Below, one piece after another: positions 51,477 through 63,813 of a DNA stretch of 64,000 bases (position 1 is its first letter; every line of letters starts with the position of its first letter). This DNA is from Eledone cirrhosa. Lineage: Eukaryota. A program made the position numbers and the translations under genes. The stretch covers positions 35,774,001 through 35,838,000 of the forward strand of contig OZ024741.1 of assembly GCA_964016885.1 (NCBI GenBank), read 5' to 3'. The notes under the pieces were generated by a model that saw only the letters and a program-made list of their open reading frames with translations, was not told the DNA's origin and did no database searches.

Positions 51477-53765
51477 TTATACTTGGAGAGGGTCATATTT
51501 GTGTAATATTGCCAGAATTAATAACAGAACACACTCACTGTTTGGTTGGTTTTCGCTTCTGTGTCTTTTATATCGGTTAATTTAATTTATTCGGTCCTCA
51601 ATGTGGCCATTGACTGACCAACGGTCAAAAATACAAATACAATATAGACACAAACACATATATATAGTTTATCAAAGTTCTTTCGTTGCACATCTGCAAC
51701 ATCGTCAGTGGTGCTATTGTTTCCTCCCGTTGCATTGTATTTTTTACGCCATCTTTATTTAGTCTGTTTATATATTTATTTATTTGTTTATTTATTTATT
51801 TTTTTGTCTTCTTTGCCCATGTGTTTGCGTGTGTGTATAGTGTTTTGTTTGATTGGGTGCCTGTGTATTGGTTAATGTATTCTATCTTTACTAGTGCGTG
51901 TTTATGTGTTTGTTGTTATTGTGCTTGTGTATGTATTTATTTATTTATCTATTTATTTATTTATTTATACTTCTCTTAGGTCAGTGTTGTTTGTTTAGGT
52001 GTTGTTATTCCATTCATTTTTTCTGTTTAGCCTTGGCCTTCTAAGTTCTATTTCACTGGCCTCTCTGATTTGCCTATCTGCTGGGTCATTTCTATGTTTA
52101 GATATTATTCTAATTTCTATGTTGTCTATGTTACCGCCGTGTTGTTGTCTGGCATGTTCGTATAGTAGTGAACCATTTTTTCGTCCTTTTAGTTCCCCCC
52201 AGTGTTGGTCTATCCTTTCACCTATGCTACAAGCTGTCTCGCCTATGTATGTTGTTGTCATGTTTCTGCAAGTACCCTCTGTACATCTTATGCTATAGAC
52301 TACGTTTCTAGTTTTATAGTTTATCCGGGGGTTTACCTTACATATGATACATTTCCTATTAGTACAGTGGGTTTTCTTAAAATGGTAGGTTTTTCTGATC
52401 AGGGATTTTATGGTGGTTCCTGGCTTTTCTACCACCTTAATCTTTAAGTGGGTCTTTCTCAGGGTCTTTCTACACTGGTTAGCTAATTTCCCTCCAGGGG
52501 TTGCATCCACAAACATGACACTCTGGTATCTCTGGTTGTCGTACCATGAGGTGGCTTTCCCTATCTTATGTCTAGCCCTATCTAAGCTATTCCATGATTT
52601 GCTCCTGTATAATGGGCAAATTCCTTTCATGTCCAGTTCTATGAGGGTCTTATACTTCTCCATGGCTCCTTCGTATACTCTGATTCTGTCTCTTTGGTTG
52701 TAGCTAGAGAACTGCATGCGGTTGATGAAGTGTTAGATGTGTCTTACCATTCCTGTTGGGTCGCACATGCGGAACACGTTCTTCATCACTCGTACCAAGT
52801 CTGCCATCAGAATATTAAACTTAGCACTACTGGACATTGCCAAGTTTTTGAGTATCAGGTATTTGGAGGCCATGGGTTTAGCATAGAGTGAGTGGAGAAT
52901 TTGGGCTCTCTCGTCTATAGTGTTAATCCAGAGTTCCGTGTCTAATACAGGTAGTCTATTGTTAGGGTGTTTGGAAGGGTAGTCGATAGTTACAGTTATA
53001 CTCTGGTGTATGGAATTAGCTATCTGCTGGATGCTTTCCATTGTGCTACGTTCTAAATCAAACTTGTTAGTGCTCTCTTGTGGGGATGTTCTTATAACTA
53101 TATTGATATCGTCTACGTAATGAGAGTACATGATGAGGTCTATGGAGCTCTCATTAAGGAGATCTTTAAGTCTCCTTTCCCACCATACCATGAAAAGGTT
53201 GGCAATGTCACCAGCTATGCTGACGCCAATGGCTGCTCCCTCATTTTGGGTGTAGATCTTTTTGTTGAACTTGAATATGTGGCCCTTTAGGGTAGTTTTG
53301 ATACTAGCCCCTATTGCATGTGCAACCATTTTTCTTACCTAATAATTGTTTTTTTTTTTGGGGGGGGGGTCCATATAGCTTTGGTCCACCCAATCCACCT
53401 TCCCATGGGAGTCTTTTTAGCCATTGAGGTTATGGTGGGGGGGGGAGGGGTCTACCTCTTATGGGTCTACTGGGGCAGAAATGTCTAAGGTCATGGCTGT
53501 CTAGGTAGTCAGTGTCGTAGGTAAGTCTAAGTAGGAGGCCCAGTTCGTCTGTGTCGACGTTGCAGAACTCCACCTCACTCTCAATGATCATCTCCACACA
53601 TTTTTCCACAGCAAAATCCATGTTAATGGATGGGTACAGTGATACCACATCCATGCTGCTTATTATGCAGTTGGATAGGTTCCTGTTTTTGTTGCACTCA
53701 CTGATTCTGCTGAGGAGGTCCTCTGTACTGTCACATACATCTGGGGACATTTTGATTATGGGGTA
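51477..53765 (-). mobile_element. Penelope-like element (RT + GIY-YIG), left arm, disrupted and 5'-truncated
   Basis: RT motifs SMDVVSLYPSI, QNEGAAIG..IAGDIANLFM, YVDD, LPVLD. Cys linker CTNRKCIIC. GIY-YIG NVVYSIRC...TYIGET...ERIDQH...R.IREA.EI...P.LN. Confidence 0.92.
51670..51714 (-). ncRNA. Minimal hammerhead ribozyme motif in Penelope 3' region (left arm)
   Basis: Mirror copy of 55447-55490. Confidence 0.6.
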
Positions 53766-53766
53766 T

Positions 53767-55684
53767 ATAACCTCAATGGCTAAAAAGACTCCCATGGGAA
53801 AGTGGATTGGGTGGATCAAGTCTATACGGACCCCCCAAAACAATGATCAGGTAAGAAAAACGGTCGCATATTCAAGTTCAACGAGAAGATCTACACCCAA
53901 AATGAGGGAGCAGCCATTGGTGTCAGCATAGCTGGTGACGTTGCCAACCTTTTTATGGTATGGTGGGAAAGGAGACTTAAAGATCTCCTTAATGAGAGCT
54001 CCATAGACCTCATCATGTACTCTTGTTACGTAGACGATATCAATATAGTTATAAGAACATCCCCACAAGAGAGCACTAACAAGTTTGATTTAGAATGTAG
54101 CACAATGGAAAGCATCCAGCAGATAGCTAATTCCATAACCAGAGTATAACTGTAACTATCGACTACCCTTCCAAACACCCTAACAATAGACTACCTGTAT
54201 TAGACACGGAACTCTGGATTAACACTATAGACGAAAGAGCCCAAATTCTCCACTCACACTATGCTAAACCCATGGCCTCCAAATACCTGATACTCAAAAA
54301 CTCAGCAATGTCCAGTAGTGCTAAGTTTAATATTCTGATCGCAGACTTGGTACGAGTGATGAAGAACGTGTTCCGCATGTGCAACCCAACAGAAATGGAA
54401 AGACACATCCAACACTTCATCAACCGCATGCAGTTCTCTGGCTACAACCAAAGAGAGAGACAGAATCAGAGTATACGAAGGAGCCACAGAGAAGTATAAG
54501 ACCCTCATAGAACTGGACATGAAAGGAATTTGCCCATTATACAGGAGCAAATCATGGAATAGGTTAGATAGGGCTAGACATAAGATAGGGGAAGCCACCT
54601 CATGGTACGACAACCAGAGATACCAGAGTGTCATGTTTGTGGATGCTACCCTTGGAGGGAAATTAGCTAACCAGTGTAGAAAGGCCCTGAGAAAGACCCA
54701 CTTAAAGATTAAGGTGGTAGAAAAGCCAGGAACCACCATAAAATCCCTGATCAGCAAAACCTACCATTTTAAGAAAACCCACTGTACTAATAGGAAATGT
54801 ATCATATGTAAGGTAAATCCCCGGATAAACTGTATAACTAGAAACGTAGTCTATAGCATAAGATGTACAGAGGGTACTTGCAGAAACATGACAACAACAT
54901 ACATAGGCGAGACAGCTTGTAGCATAGGTGAAAGGATAGACCAACACTGGGGGGAACTAAAAGGACGAAAAAACGGTTCACTACTATACGAACATGCCAG
55001 ACAACAACACGACGGTAACATAGACAACATAGAAATTAGAATAATATCTAAACATAGAAATGACCCAGCAGATAGGCAAATCAGAGAGGCCAGTGAAATA
55101 GAACTTAGAAGGCCAAGGCTAAACAGAAAAAATGAATGGAATAACAACAACACCCAAATAAACAACACTGACCTAAGAGAAGTATAAATAAATAAATAAA
55201 TAGATAAATAAATACATACACAAGCACAATAACAACAAACATATAAACACACACCAGTAAAGATAGAATACATTAACCAATACACAGTCACCCAATCACG
55301 AACACACATCAAACAAAACACTATACACACACGCAACCGCATGCTGAAAGAAGACAAAAAAATAAATAAATAAACAAATAAATAAATATATAAACAGACT
55401 AAATAAAGATGGCATAGAAAATACAATGCAATGGGAGGAAACAATAGCACCACTGACGATGTTGCAGATGTGCAACGAAAGAACTTTGATAAACTATATA
55501 TGTGTTTGTGTCTATATTGTATCTGTATTTTTGACCATTGGTCAGTCAATGGCAACATTGAGGACCGAATAAATTAAATTAACCGATATAAAAGACACAG
55601 AAGCGAAAACCAACCAAACAGTGAGTGTGTTATGTTATTAATTCTGGCAATATTACACAAATATGACCCTCCCCAAGTATAACA
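53767..55684 (+). mobile_element. Penelope-like element, right arm (inverted duplicate of 51477-53433)
   Basis: Reverse complement of the left arm with frameshifts and a short deletion near 53868. GIY-YIG ORF at 54519-55187. Confidence 0.92.
55447..55490 (+). ncRNA. Minimal hammerhead ribozyme motif in Penelope 3' region (right arm)
   Basis: CTGACGA-t-GTTGCA(gatg)TGCAAC-GAAA-gaacTT: catalytic boxes flank a 6-bp stem II, with one extra U after A9. Stem I is weak or degenerate. Penelope-like elements are known to carry minimal hammerheads. Confidence 0.6.
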
Positions 55685-57218
55685 ATATTTGTTTCGACAC
55701 ACGATTTCATATCAAAAACCTCACAAAACTATATATATAGAGTATCGTTAAAAGCTTTCTCCGATAATGTATTTATTTATTTACTCTTGGTGCAACAGAT
55801 ATGAAATTCCTTCCCGATACAAGGTTTGAACTCTCTTTGTTTATTTTTTTATATTGTTTCTTGTATCACATTCTGTTATTTTGCCCGAGAAAATATCTGT
55901 GTGTCATCAAACGTTGTACACACAAGGATATTTTTTCAAATTCCAATTGAGTTCTTGCACGTGGCCTGAATTCCTTTTAGAATTCATTGTCCTGCGCTTG
56001 TATTGTTTTTTTGGCGGTAATATACTTCCTCATTTTTGAATCAGTTTGAGTATTTCTTTAGAACTGCTAGAGTAGCAACCTAACAGATACCTCAGGCACT
56101 GATGGTGATTATCGCTAAATACTGATATTGGTTAGATTATCAATATTAGTATTATTGGGCACCCACTGATGAATATAAGAGCCCACTTGAATATTATCTG
56201 TTGATCCTATACAAGCTCCTACATAAATTGGTATAATTTCACCCAAATTGTAGGAATCTTATAATGAAACAAGACGTCTGTCTGGGAAGAGATATATTAG
56301 ATATGTCTCATATGAAATAATACAGCCAATTTTCCACACAATACATTTAGTTAGCACCCCAAACGTTTAATTAGGAATATACTCACTTATTTCCTAATGT
56401 TTGTTGAGTGAGTTGGAATTTGGCCTGAGTATCGCTAAAAGCTTTCTCCGATAATGTATTTATATATATATATATATATTATATATATTTATTTACCTCT
56501 ATATGTATTATATGATTTTATTTTCTAGTGTCCTTTCAATTTAGTCATCACTATGTATTTCATTATATTCTTAAATCTAAAACATGAAATTATTTCATGC
56601 TTATCAAGTTCTTTATTAAGATACTTTACAAGAAAAAGGTTATTTTCATTATATTTACGCAATATTTTTTTGTATTATTATGATGTACACTTCTGTAAGT
56701 CGATTTTAAATTTATACAAGTTCAGTTGCTTATTATCTAACCAATGCAAGCACAAGCAAGCGGACGTAAAAAATATAATGATAGTGATGATTATATATAT
56801 ATATATATACATTACAAATTCAGCTACCTTTTGCAAAATGTATGATAGATGAGGGGAAAGAAGATGAGGAGATGAAACAGAGAGAAAGAGAGAGAGAAAG
56901 CAGAGAGAAATTGATAGAGAGAAGAGAGAGAGAGAAGATAGGTAGAAAAAGAATGAAAACAGATAGAGATTACAGAGCAATAAAGGAAGTAGAAGCTGCA
57001 TGAAGACAAATTGAAACAAGATAATAAGTAAGGTAATTTATTGAGCTTCTCCATTATTTTTTATATTGTTCTGGTACATTTCTCAGGTTACTGTTAAAAT
57101 GATATTGATTAAAACTGACAAGTTATCAGAGAAATATTTCCATGTACAATCACTCCTACATCATGCACAATTACATATATCTAGATATATATAGAAATAT
57201 ATGTATATACATAACTAA

Positions 57219-57263
<45 letters not shown>

Positions 57264-57535
57264 ACTAAATACATATATACATATACATAACTAAATACAT
57301 AAACATAACTAAATACATATATATATATATATATATATAAATATAAGCATGTGTACATACATATATGTATAAAGACGTACAGAAGTATGTATATACATAC
57401 ATACATGCACACATATATACATGTACGTGTGGCTTTACCGAACATTTATTATAATGCTCGGTTTGTTTGTAAACAAACAGCCCAAAATTATTAGCCTTAC
57501 AGTGTTCGGCAACCATCGTTGCCCTTTTGTTCAAC

Positions 57536-57606
57536 ACTGACAAAGGAATGATGAACTAGTTTCTAGCTTATTAGCTGTCATCAGCACCGTATACCTTCCT
57601 GTCAGT
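57536..57606 (-). ncRNA. Type-I hammerhead ribozyme (extended stem I)
   Basis: Minus strand: actgacaggaaggtatacggtg-CTGATGA-cAGCT(aata)AGCTa-GAAA-ctagTT^catcattcctttgtcagt. Confidence 0.75.
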
Positions 57607-58056
57607 TAATTGAATGTTTGAAAGCATATACTTTCCTTATGCATATTAACGGCTGAGCAGCCTAATTTGCATATCGAATGAGTTAGTCGGCCGGGTGTAC
57701 CGAAAACGATAAACGGAAAAAATGAAATTTCATTTCTCACTCTTAGTACGGCTGTTACTTAAATATAAGTATGTATACGTACATACATATATGTATACAG
57801 ACGTACAGTAGTATGTATATACATACATACATGTACACACACATATATAAATATATATATGTATGTACGTATGGGTTTACCGAACATTTATTATAATGCT
57901 CGGTTTGTTTGTAAACAAACAGCCCAAAATTATTAGCCGTACAGTGTTTAGCAACCATCGTTGCCCTTTTGTTCAACACTGACAAAGGAACGATGAACTA
58001 GTTTCATTTTTTCCATTTATTGTTTTCGGTACACCCAGCCGACTAACTCACTCGAC

Positions 58057-58064
58057 ATGCAAAT
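58057..58064 (+). promoter_or_regulatory. Octamer motif ATGCAAAT upstream of the hammerhead (mirror copy ATTTGCAT at 57665-57672)
   Basis: Exact match in both units. Function is inferred only. Confidence 0.35.
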
Positions 58065-58100
58065 TAGGCTGCTCAGCCTATACTTTCAAACATTCAATCG

Positions 58101-58171
58101 ACTGACAGGAAGGTATACGGTGCTGATGACAGCTAATAAGCTAGAAACTAGTTCATCGTTCCTTTGTCAGT
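58101..58171 (+). ncRNA. Type-I hammerhead ribozyme (extended stem I)
   Basis: CTGATGA at 58123-58129, stem II AGCT/AGCT, GAAA at 58144-58147, palindromic stem III ACTAGT, predicted GUU^ cleavage at 58153/58154. Stem I ACGGTG/CATCGT, then internal loop, GGAA/TTCC and ACTGACA/TGTCAGT. Confidence 0.8.
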
Positions 58172-58434
58172 GTTGAACAAAAGGGCAACGATGGTTGCCG
58201 AACACTGTACGGCTAATAATTTCAGGCTGTTTGTTTACAAACAAACCGAGCATTATAATAAAATGTTTGGTGAACCCATACGTACATATATATGTGTATG
58301 CATGTATATATATATACATACTACTGTACGTCTGTATACATATATGCATATACGTATACATACTTATATTTAAGTATCAGCCGTACTAAGAGTGAGAAAT
58401 GAAATTTCATTTTTTCCATATATATATATATATT

Positions 58435-58482
<48 letters not shown>

Positions 58483-61400
58483 TAAAGCTATATGTAAAAA
58501 TATATGTACATAGCTGTGTGATTAAAGGAAAAGAATATAAACCAAAGAATTTCTGTGCAGTCACTTGAACTGCTTGAAATAACAGCTAAAACTCCCTCAT
58601 ATCATACCGTATGTCTTAAAAAGAAACATGCATTGATAATTTAGCCCCAGTTATATTATAACAGAAAAAAAAGACAAGGACAGTCACAGCTAAAATGTTT
58701 TATTATAGGTTTGCTTAAACAGAGCTAACCAGGGGTAAACAACAACTGGCCCAAAATAGACCTTTTATGAAACTACATGCTAGGTGCATGGTTTATGGTT
58801 CAGTCTGTAACAAAATCATCACTGGGTTAAATTTGCTATATTCATCAATGCTGACTAAAATAGCTATAATGACGTCCATAAAATTGGCTATGATGACACC
58901 TAGGGATATATTAAGCTCAACTCTCTTGGCTTCCCTCTCTGGTTTCAGATTTCCAACAACCAGCGTTTGGTTGTAGCAGGCTGGTTACCTTGACCAACTA
59001 CTACAGTCAGGCTATACACATAAGAGGTTAGTAAATCTGCATCCCCAAATTCCCGCATTTGCTCTTTCCTCTTCTTCATCTAAGACAAACACTCAATGGC
59101 TACTTAGGACTTCTACATGTGGCTGGCTATTTTTGACCAGCCAAATATAGACAAATTCTAATTTTTGAACCTCTCTGCACACACATATTCAATCTATCTC
59201 ACAAATTCTACAACATTTCAACATATATAAATCACAACAATTACTTTTTTTCATATTTATAATTATATTTCTGCAAACTCTATAACATGATATAATGTAG
59301 TATGGTTTTGTTGCATTCCATGGTAAAAATAAATAAGTAATTAGCAGTTTGTCTCCTTGTTAGTCTGGCATTCTAATGCTTGGAGGAAATCAGTTTTCTC
59401 CACTTCAATCACACATCAACACATATGATATAAAACCAACACCCACCAACAAACATTCCTGTTAAAAGTCATAGTGTGTAACACTTTGGACAAGTGTCTT
59501 CTTCTATAGCCTTGGGTTTGTAGTGAAATCTACATTGCCATTTTCTTATCTTGTTCCCTAACAACATAATTTGGTGCACAAATTCCTGCCAAATGACCAA
59601 ACACAACATGAGGCCACTGTCATGTATAACACATAGAAGATCAGTCTGTTTTAGGTTCAATCCACCACAAGAGATGGTCTCTTAAGTAGCTAGAACTGAT
59701 ACTAGCTAAAGCCAACATGGCAGACAGCCTGTCAAACTATACTACTTGGTCTCTCTAATTTCTTGGTTCACGCTTTAAGCTTAGTTCTGTTTCTCTCTCC
59801 TCTCCCAAATACACCTAACGCATACATTCAATGAAAATAATTACTGTGAACAAAACTTAGCTGCTATTTTTAGAAAAATAGATGACCATATAGTGTTTTG
59901 TAAACCCAATTTAGACTAGATCCAGCAAACCTGTATTCAAAGCTGTTCCATCAACAAGTATACTGTCTTGTCTCTTTTAGATATAGTATAACTAAGATTA
60001 TATTATCCCAAAGTGTCCTACTTTTAAGATGGTAGAATGTGATTTAATGCTTAACATTCTGTAATGATTTAGCAGAAAATACCTAAAAACAGGTTTATTA
60101 ATTTAAATGTTTATAGTATATTTTCTATTGAACAGATTGTTGTGAAAATTTGTAATATTATCTCTATTCATATTTAGATCGGGATCACCATTCCTTTCAA
60201 TCAATCCTTTCTATGTCAGGTGGTCAGCGCCATCATGTACACTGAGTCTCCATTAGGATATGACACAGTCTTAACTACATCTAATGCTGCAGTGGCTTCA
60301 TCAAGGAAGCATCTGTATTCAGACTCAGTTTGGCACATAAATTTGAACCACCTACAGAGACCTTTTTTTCAGCCTAAGTTTCATGAGATAAATCCTACCT
60401 GCCAATGGGATCCAGTCCATAACACATTCTAACAGCTAGGAACTTGTGAGTATACCCACTCCCACCTGTACAGTCATTTCTAGAGTTTCCATCCTCCATC
60501 CAAATCTACAGTAGCAATAAAGCCATGGAACTTTGTTGGGAAACCTCGACTATAACGATTTGGTAGCATCTAGCCACCTCCACTAGTTCCTGCTCCTTAC
60601 CTGTAAAGATACACTCATTAATACAAGCGGCCAAAATGGGTTTCCTTTGAAATGTCTTTGGGGTAATGCTACTTAATAAAGTGTGTAGCTTGGAGATCAG
60701 GGAGTCACTCCAGGTAGAGTCACTAGTTCTCCGAATTGCAAGATCACTGCTCCAATATTATGGACATGTGGTCGGAATGTCTAAGAAAAGTGTTTCCAAA
60801 AGACACATTAACCTTTCTGTTACCATATCTCTAATGGAAGACACTGTCATATAATTTGTAATTAATTTTGAAAATGATCAAGAATTTAAAGGAATTTAGT
60901 AAAATAGATAACTTCTCCCATTAGCATTCGCATTACTCTATATATACTATTGTATTTTCACAGTAAAGGCTTTATCTCACATAATTATTCACATCAAATC
61001 TATGAGATTTTGATATTATTATTTAGTTTGAAAGGGCGGTGGATTGGCAGTATCGGTGGAGAGTCGGACGCCATGCTTTCCAGCATAGTTACGTCCCTTT
61101 ACAATCTGAGTTCAAATCCCACTGAGGTTGACTTTACCTTTCATCCTTACGGGGCCGATAAAATAAAGTACCAGTAATGCATTGGGTAATTGCTGGCCTT
61201 GTGCCTAAAGTAGAAAAAATTATTATTTACTTTGAAAACAAGACCTTAACATCAATATGAGTGGCTAGTTACGGCCAGTTTGAACAGAAAGAGGTGAGAG
61301 AATTCTGGTTGGATATGCCCGGTTTAAATGCTTTAGCCTTTAAACCGGCTGTTTGGAGCATTACGTAACAAAAATTTCTTACATAAAATAATGATTGAAG

Positions 61401-63637
61401 ATTTTAATTTAAATATGAACACTCTAAAACAAGCAGTTTTGTGCCATAAAACCAAGAACAGTTTCATGTGATTGGTATCAAAAGGATTAAATGACAACCA
61501 TCAGGAAGCATAAAAAAATTAGTTCCATACTGCTTAGGAGCATAAAGTGGCTAAGGGAGCCTATATGTGTCATTTGATCTGAATGAAATTGCACCCAAAT
61601 TTTCCTCAAATTACATGCTGTACATTTTTAAAATTGGGAAAAACACATTATATACTGTATTACTACATACTCCTAAAGTGACAGGATGGTCTCCACTCAA
61701 ATGTCTGATTATAGTTCTACTCAACCACTCATCTTTTGACTTTGAGTTAAACAATCTCATCAAAAACCAGTTGACTCAATTAAGAAAGTTTCATAGATTA
61801 GTTACTCTTAATTTCATTTAGTTTAAAGAAATTGAACTTTTATTAAAAATTATCCCAAAGATAAGTAAGGCTTCAGAGAATACAATTATGTATAACTTAG
61901 TTTTAATTTTCACAATTTACCAAAACTTTTTGAATTCTCTACAAACATTAAGATGACAGAAACATTCTGAATTTTCTAAGAAAAATTCTATTTAGTATCA
62001 TCAACCCTGGAGCATAGCACAACATGAAAGAATTCATCAAGCCTATTTTAAGATAATATATCTTACACTTACTGATCAAATCAACTTATTTTACAGGAAC
62101 ATATTGATCTGGAAGTTAGGCACATGTACTTATTCATCTTCAGTACTTTCAATTAAGAAACTTAATTTTTAACTGCAATCAAACAGTGCAGGCATAGTTG
62201 TGTAGTTAAAGAGTTTGCATTGCAATATGGGGTTTTAGGTTCAGTTTCATTGCTTGGCACCTTGAGCAATTGTCTTCTACTCTATAGCTTTGGATTGACC
62301 AATGTTTTTTTTAGGGGGGATTTGGTAGATGGAAACTGTGGAAACTCATGTGGGGTGGGAAGTGTGCAAAAAAAAGAATAAAATAATGTTTTTTTTTGTG
62401 TCTTTGAAACTGTAAAGGAAGAAGTTTCAACAAGAACTATATTTGTTATAGCCCTTTGTACACCCATCTAATCAACACAGTTGCTCCTTTTGACTCTAAA
62501 CTATTGCAATAGTCTACAAAGTGGATATAGGCAAGGCAATAAGTTGAACCCCTTTGATACCAAAACACCCCTAATTCTGTGGTTCCTGATACAAAAAAAT
62601 CTTTATTTAAAAACGTTTATATTTATCTAAAAACTTTCCATAGTCAGTGATTTTCATTAGAAATATCTTAAATGGATTAAGCAATCCTATTTGCAATCTC
62701 TTACTTCCAGGTTCAATCCCACTGCAAGGCACCTTGGCACCTTTTACCATAACCTTGAATTAACCTAAAGCCTGTGAGTAAAATTGAACATAGAGAAACC
62801 ATGCATAAGCCCCAACAGATTGACTGTAGCTGCTCTTACGTAGTAGACTTAATCTTTCACTTAGTTTAACACCACCACCAGGTCCTTTGGCACAGTGGAA
62901 TCAACTCTGCTGCCTACATATGGATCAGGTCTCCAACCATTCCTTTTCATCTCCTTCTCCCAACAGTCTTAGACAACTTGTAAAAACATAATTGTGCTGC
63001 CCTCTCTCCTCAGATTTAAAATTGTTTTAAATAAATAAACATTTATGCCTCAACACACCATAAATTAGAAAATGTTAAGGTAAATTTAATGTAGATATAA
63101 CTAGGTTTCTTTAATTAGAATTTAGCTGCAAAAAGAATGAAGAGTTTAAAACGTGTGTGTGGGTGGTTATATTTCAAATTAGTTATTCAACAAAAAAAAT
63201 CAATAAAATAAGTATCAGACTTGTAAAAAGATTGATTAATTGAACCAATATGATCAACTAAATCCCTTCAAAGCAGTGCCCCAGCGTGGCTGCAATTTAA
63301 CGAATAAAACTAGTAAAAGAATAAAAATAGAAAATAAAACTATAATAGACAAAAAAAATTTCATGCAAGACACTCTACTTTCACACTTTGTTATAAAACA
63401 TGGAACAGTCTAAAACTGTGGCCATTTCAAATGAACTTTTAACAATTCCTATTTTAGATTCCGGTAATTCACATTGTCTCTCAATCATCGCAATATATTA
63501 AACTCTTTTCATACCAAACTGCTAGAAACTGTCCCTGGTTCTATGACACAATAAGTAACTGTTTACTTTAAAGTGTTTATATTTATTTAGAAACCTTCCA
63601 TCATAGTTTTATCTAAGAATCTGTTTCAAATACCAGA

Positions 63638-63813
63638 TTAACCCTTTGGCATTTAAACTGGCCATATCCAGAATACATTAAGGTATTCTTCTCAAAATAA
63701 ATAACATCAAAATCTCGTAGATTTGATATTATGTGAGATAATTATGTAAAATAAACCCTTTACTGTGAAAATACAATAGTAAATATAGAGTAATGTAAAT
63801 GTTAAAGGGTTAA
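63638..63813. mobile_element. piggyBac-type MITE family 1 (internally deleted); another copy, reversed and interrupted by a SINE, at ~60920-61332
   Basis: TTAA-ccctttggcatt ... aatgttaaaggg-TTAA. Confidence 0.8.

Larger units (their letters stand above)
57330..58417. mobile_element. Non-coding hammerhead-containing repeat array (retrozyme-like): head-to-tail minus-strand units (~57330-58005) joined head-to-head to one plus-strand unit (~58002-58417)
   Basis: Three near-identical segments (gttcatc.ttcctttgtcagtgttgaacaaaagggcaacgatggttgc...). Spacing between equivalent minus-strand sites is 442 nt. The plus unit ends in the same tttcattttttcc with which it starts. Confidence 0.8.

Noticed and set aside
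57755-58373. Repeated peptide MSVLNKRATMVAEHC... in the ribozyme array
   Set aside because: TTG start, short, runs into microsatellite, and the frame differs between copies. The unit is better explained as non-coding.
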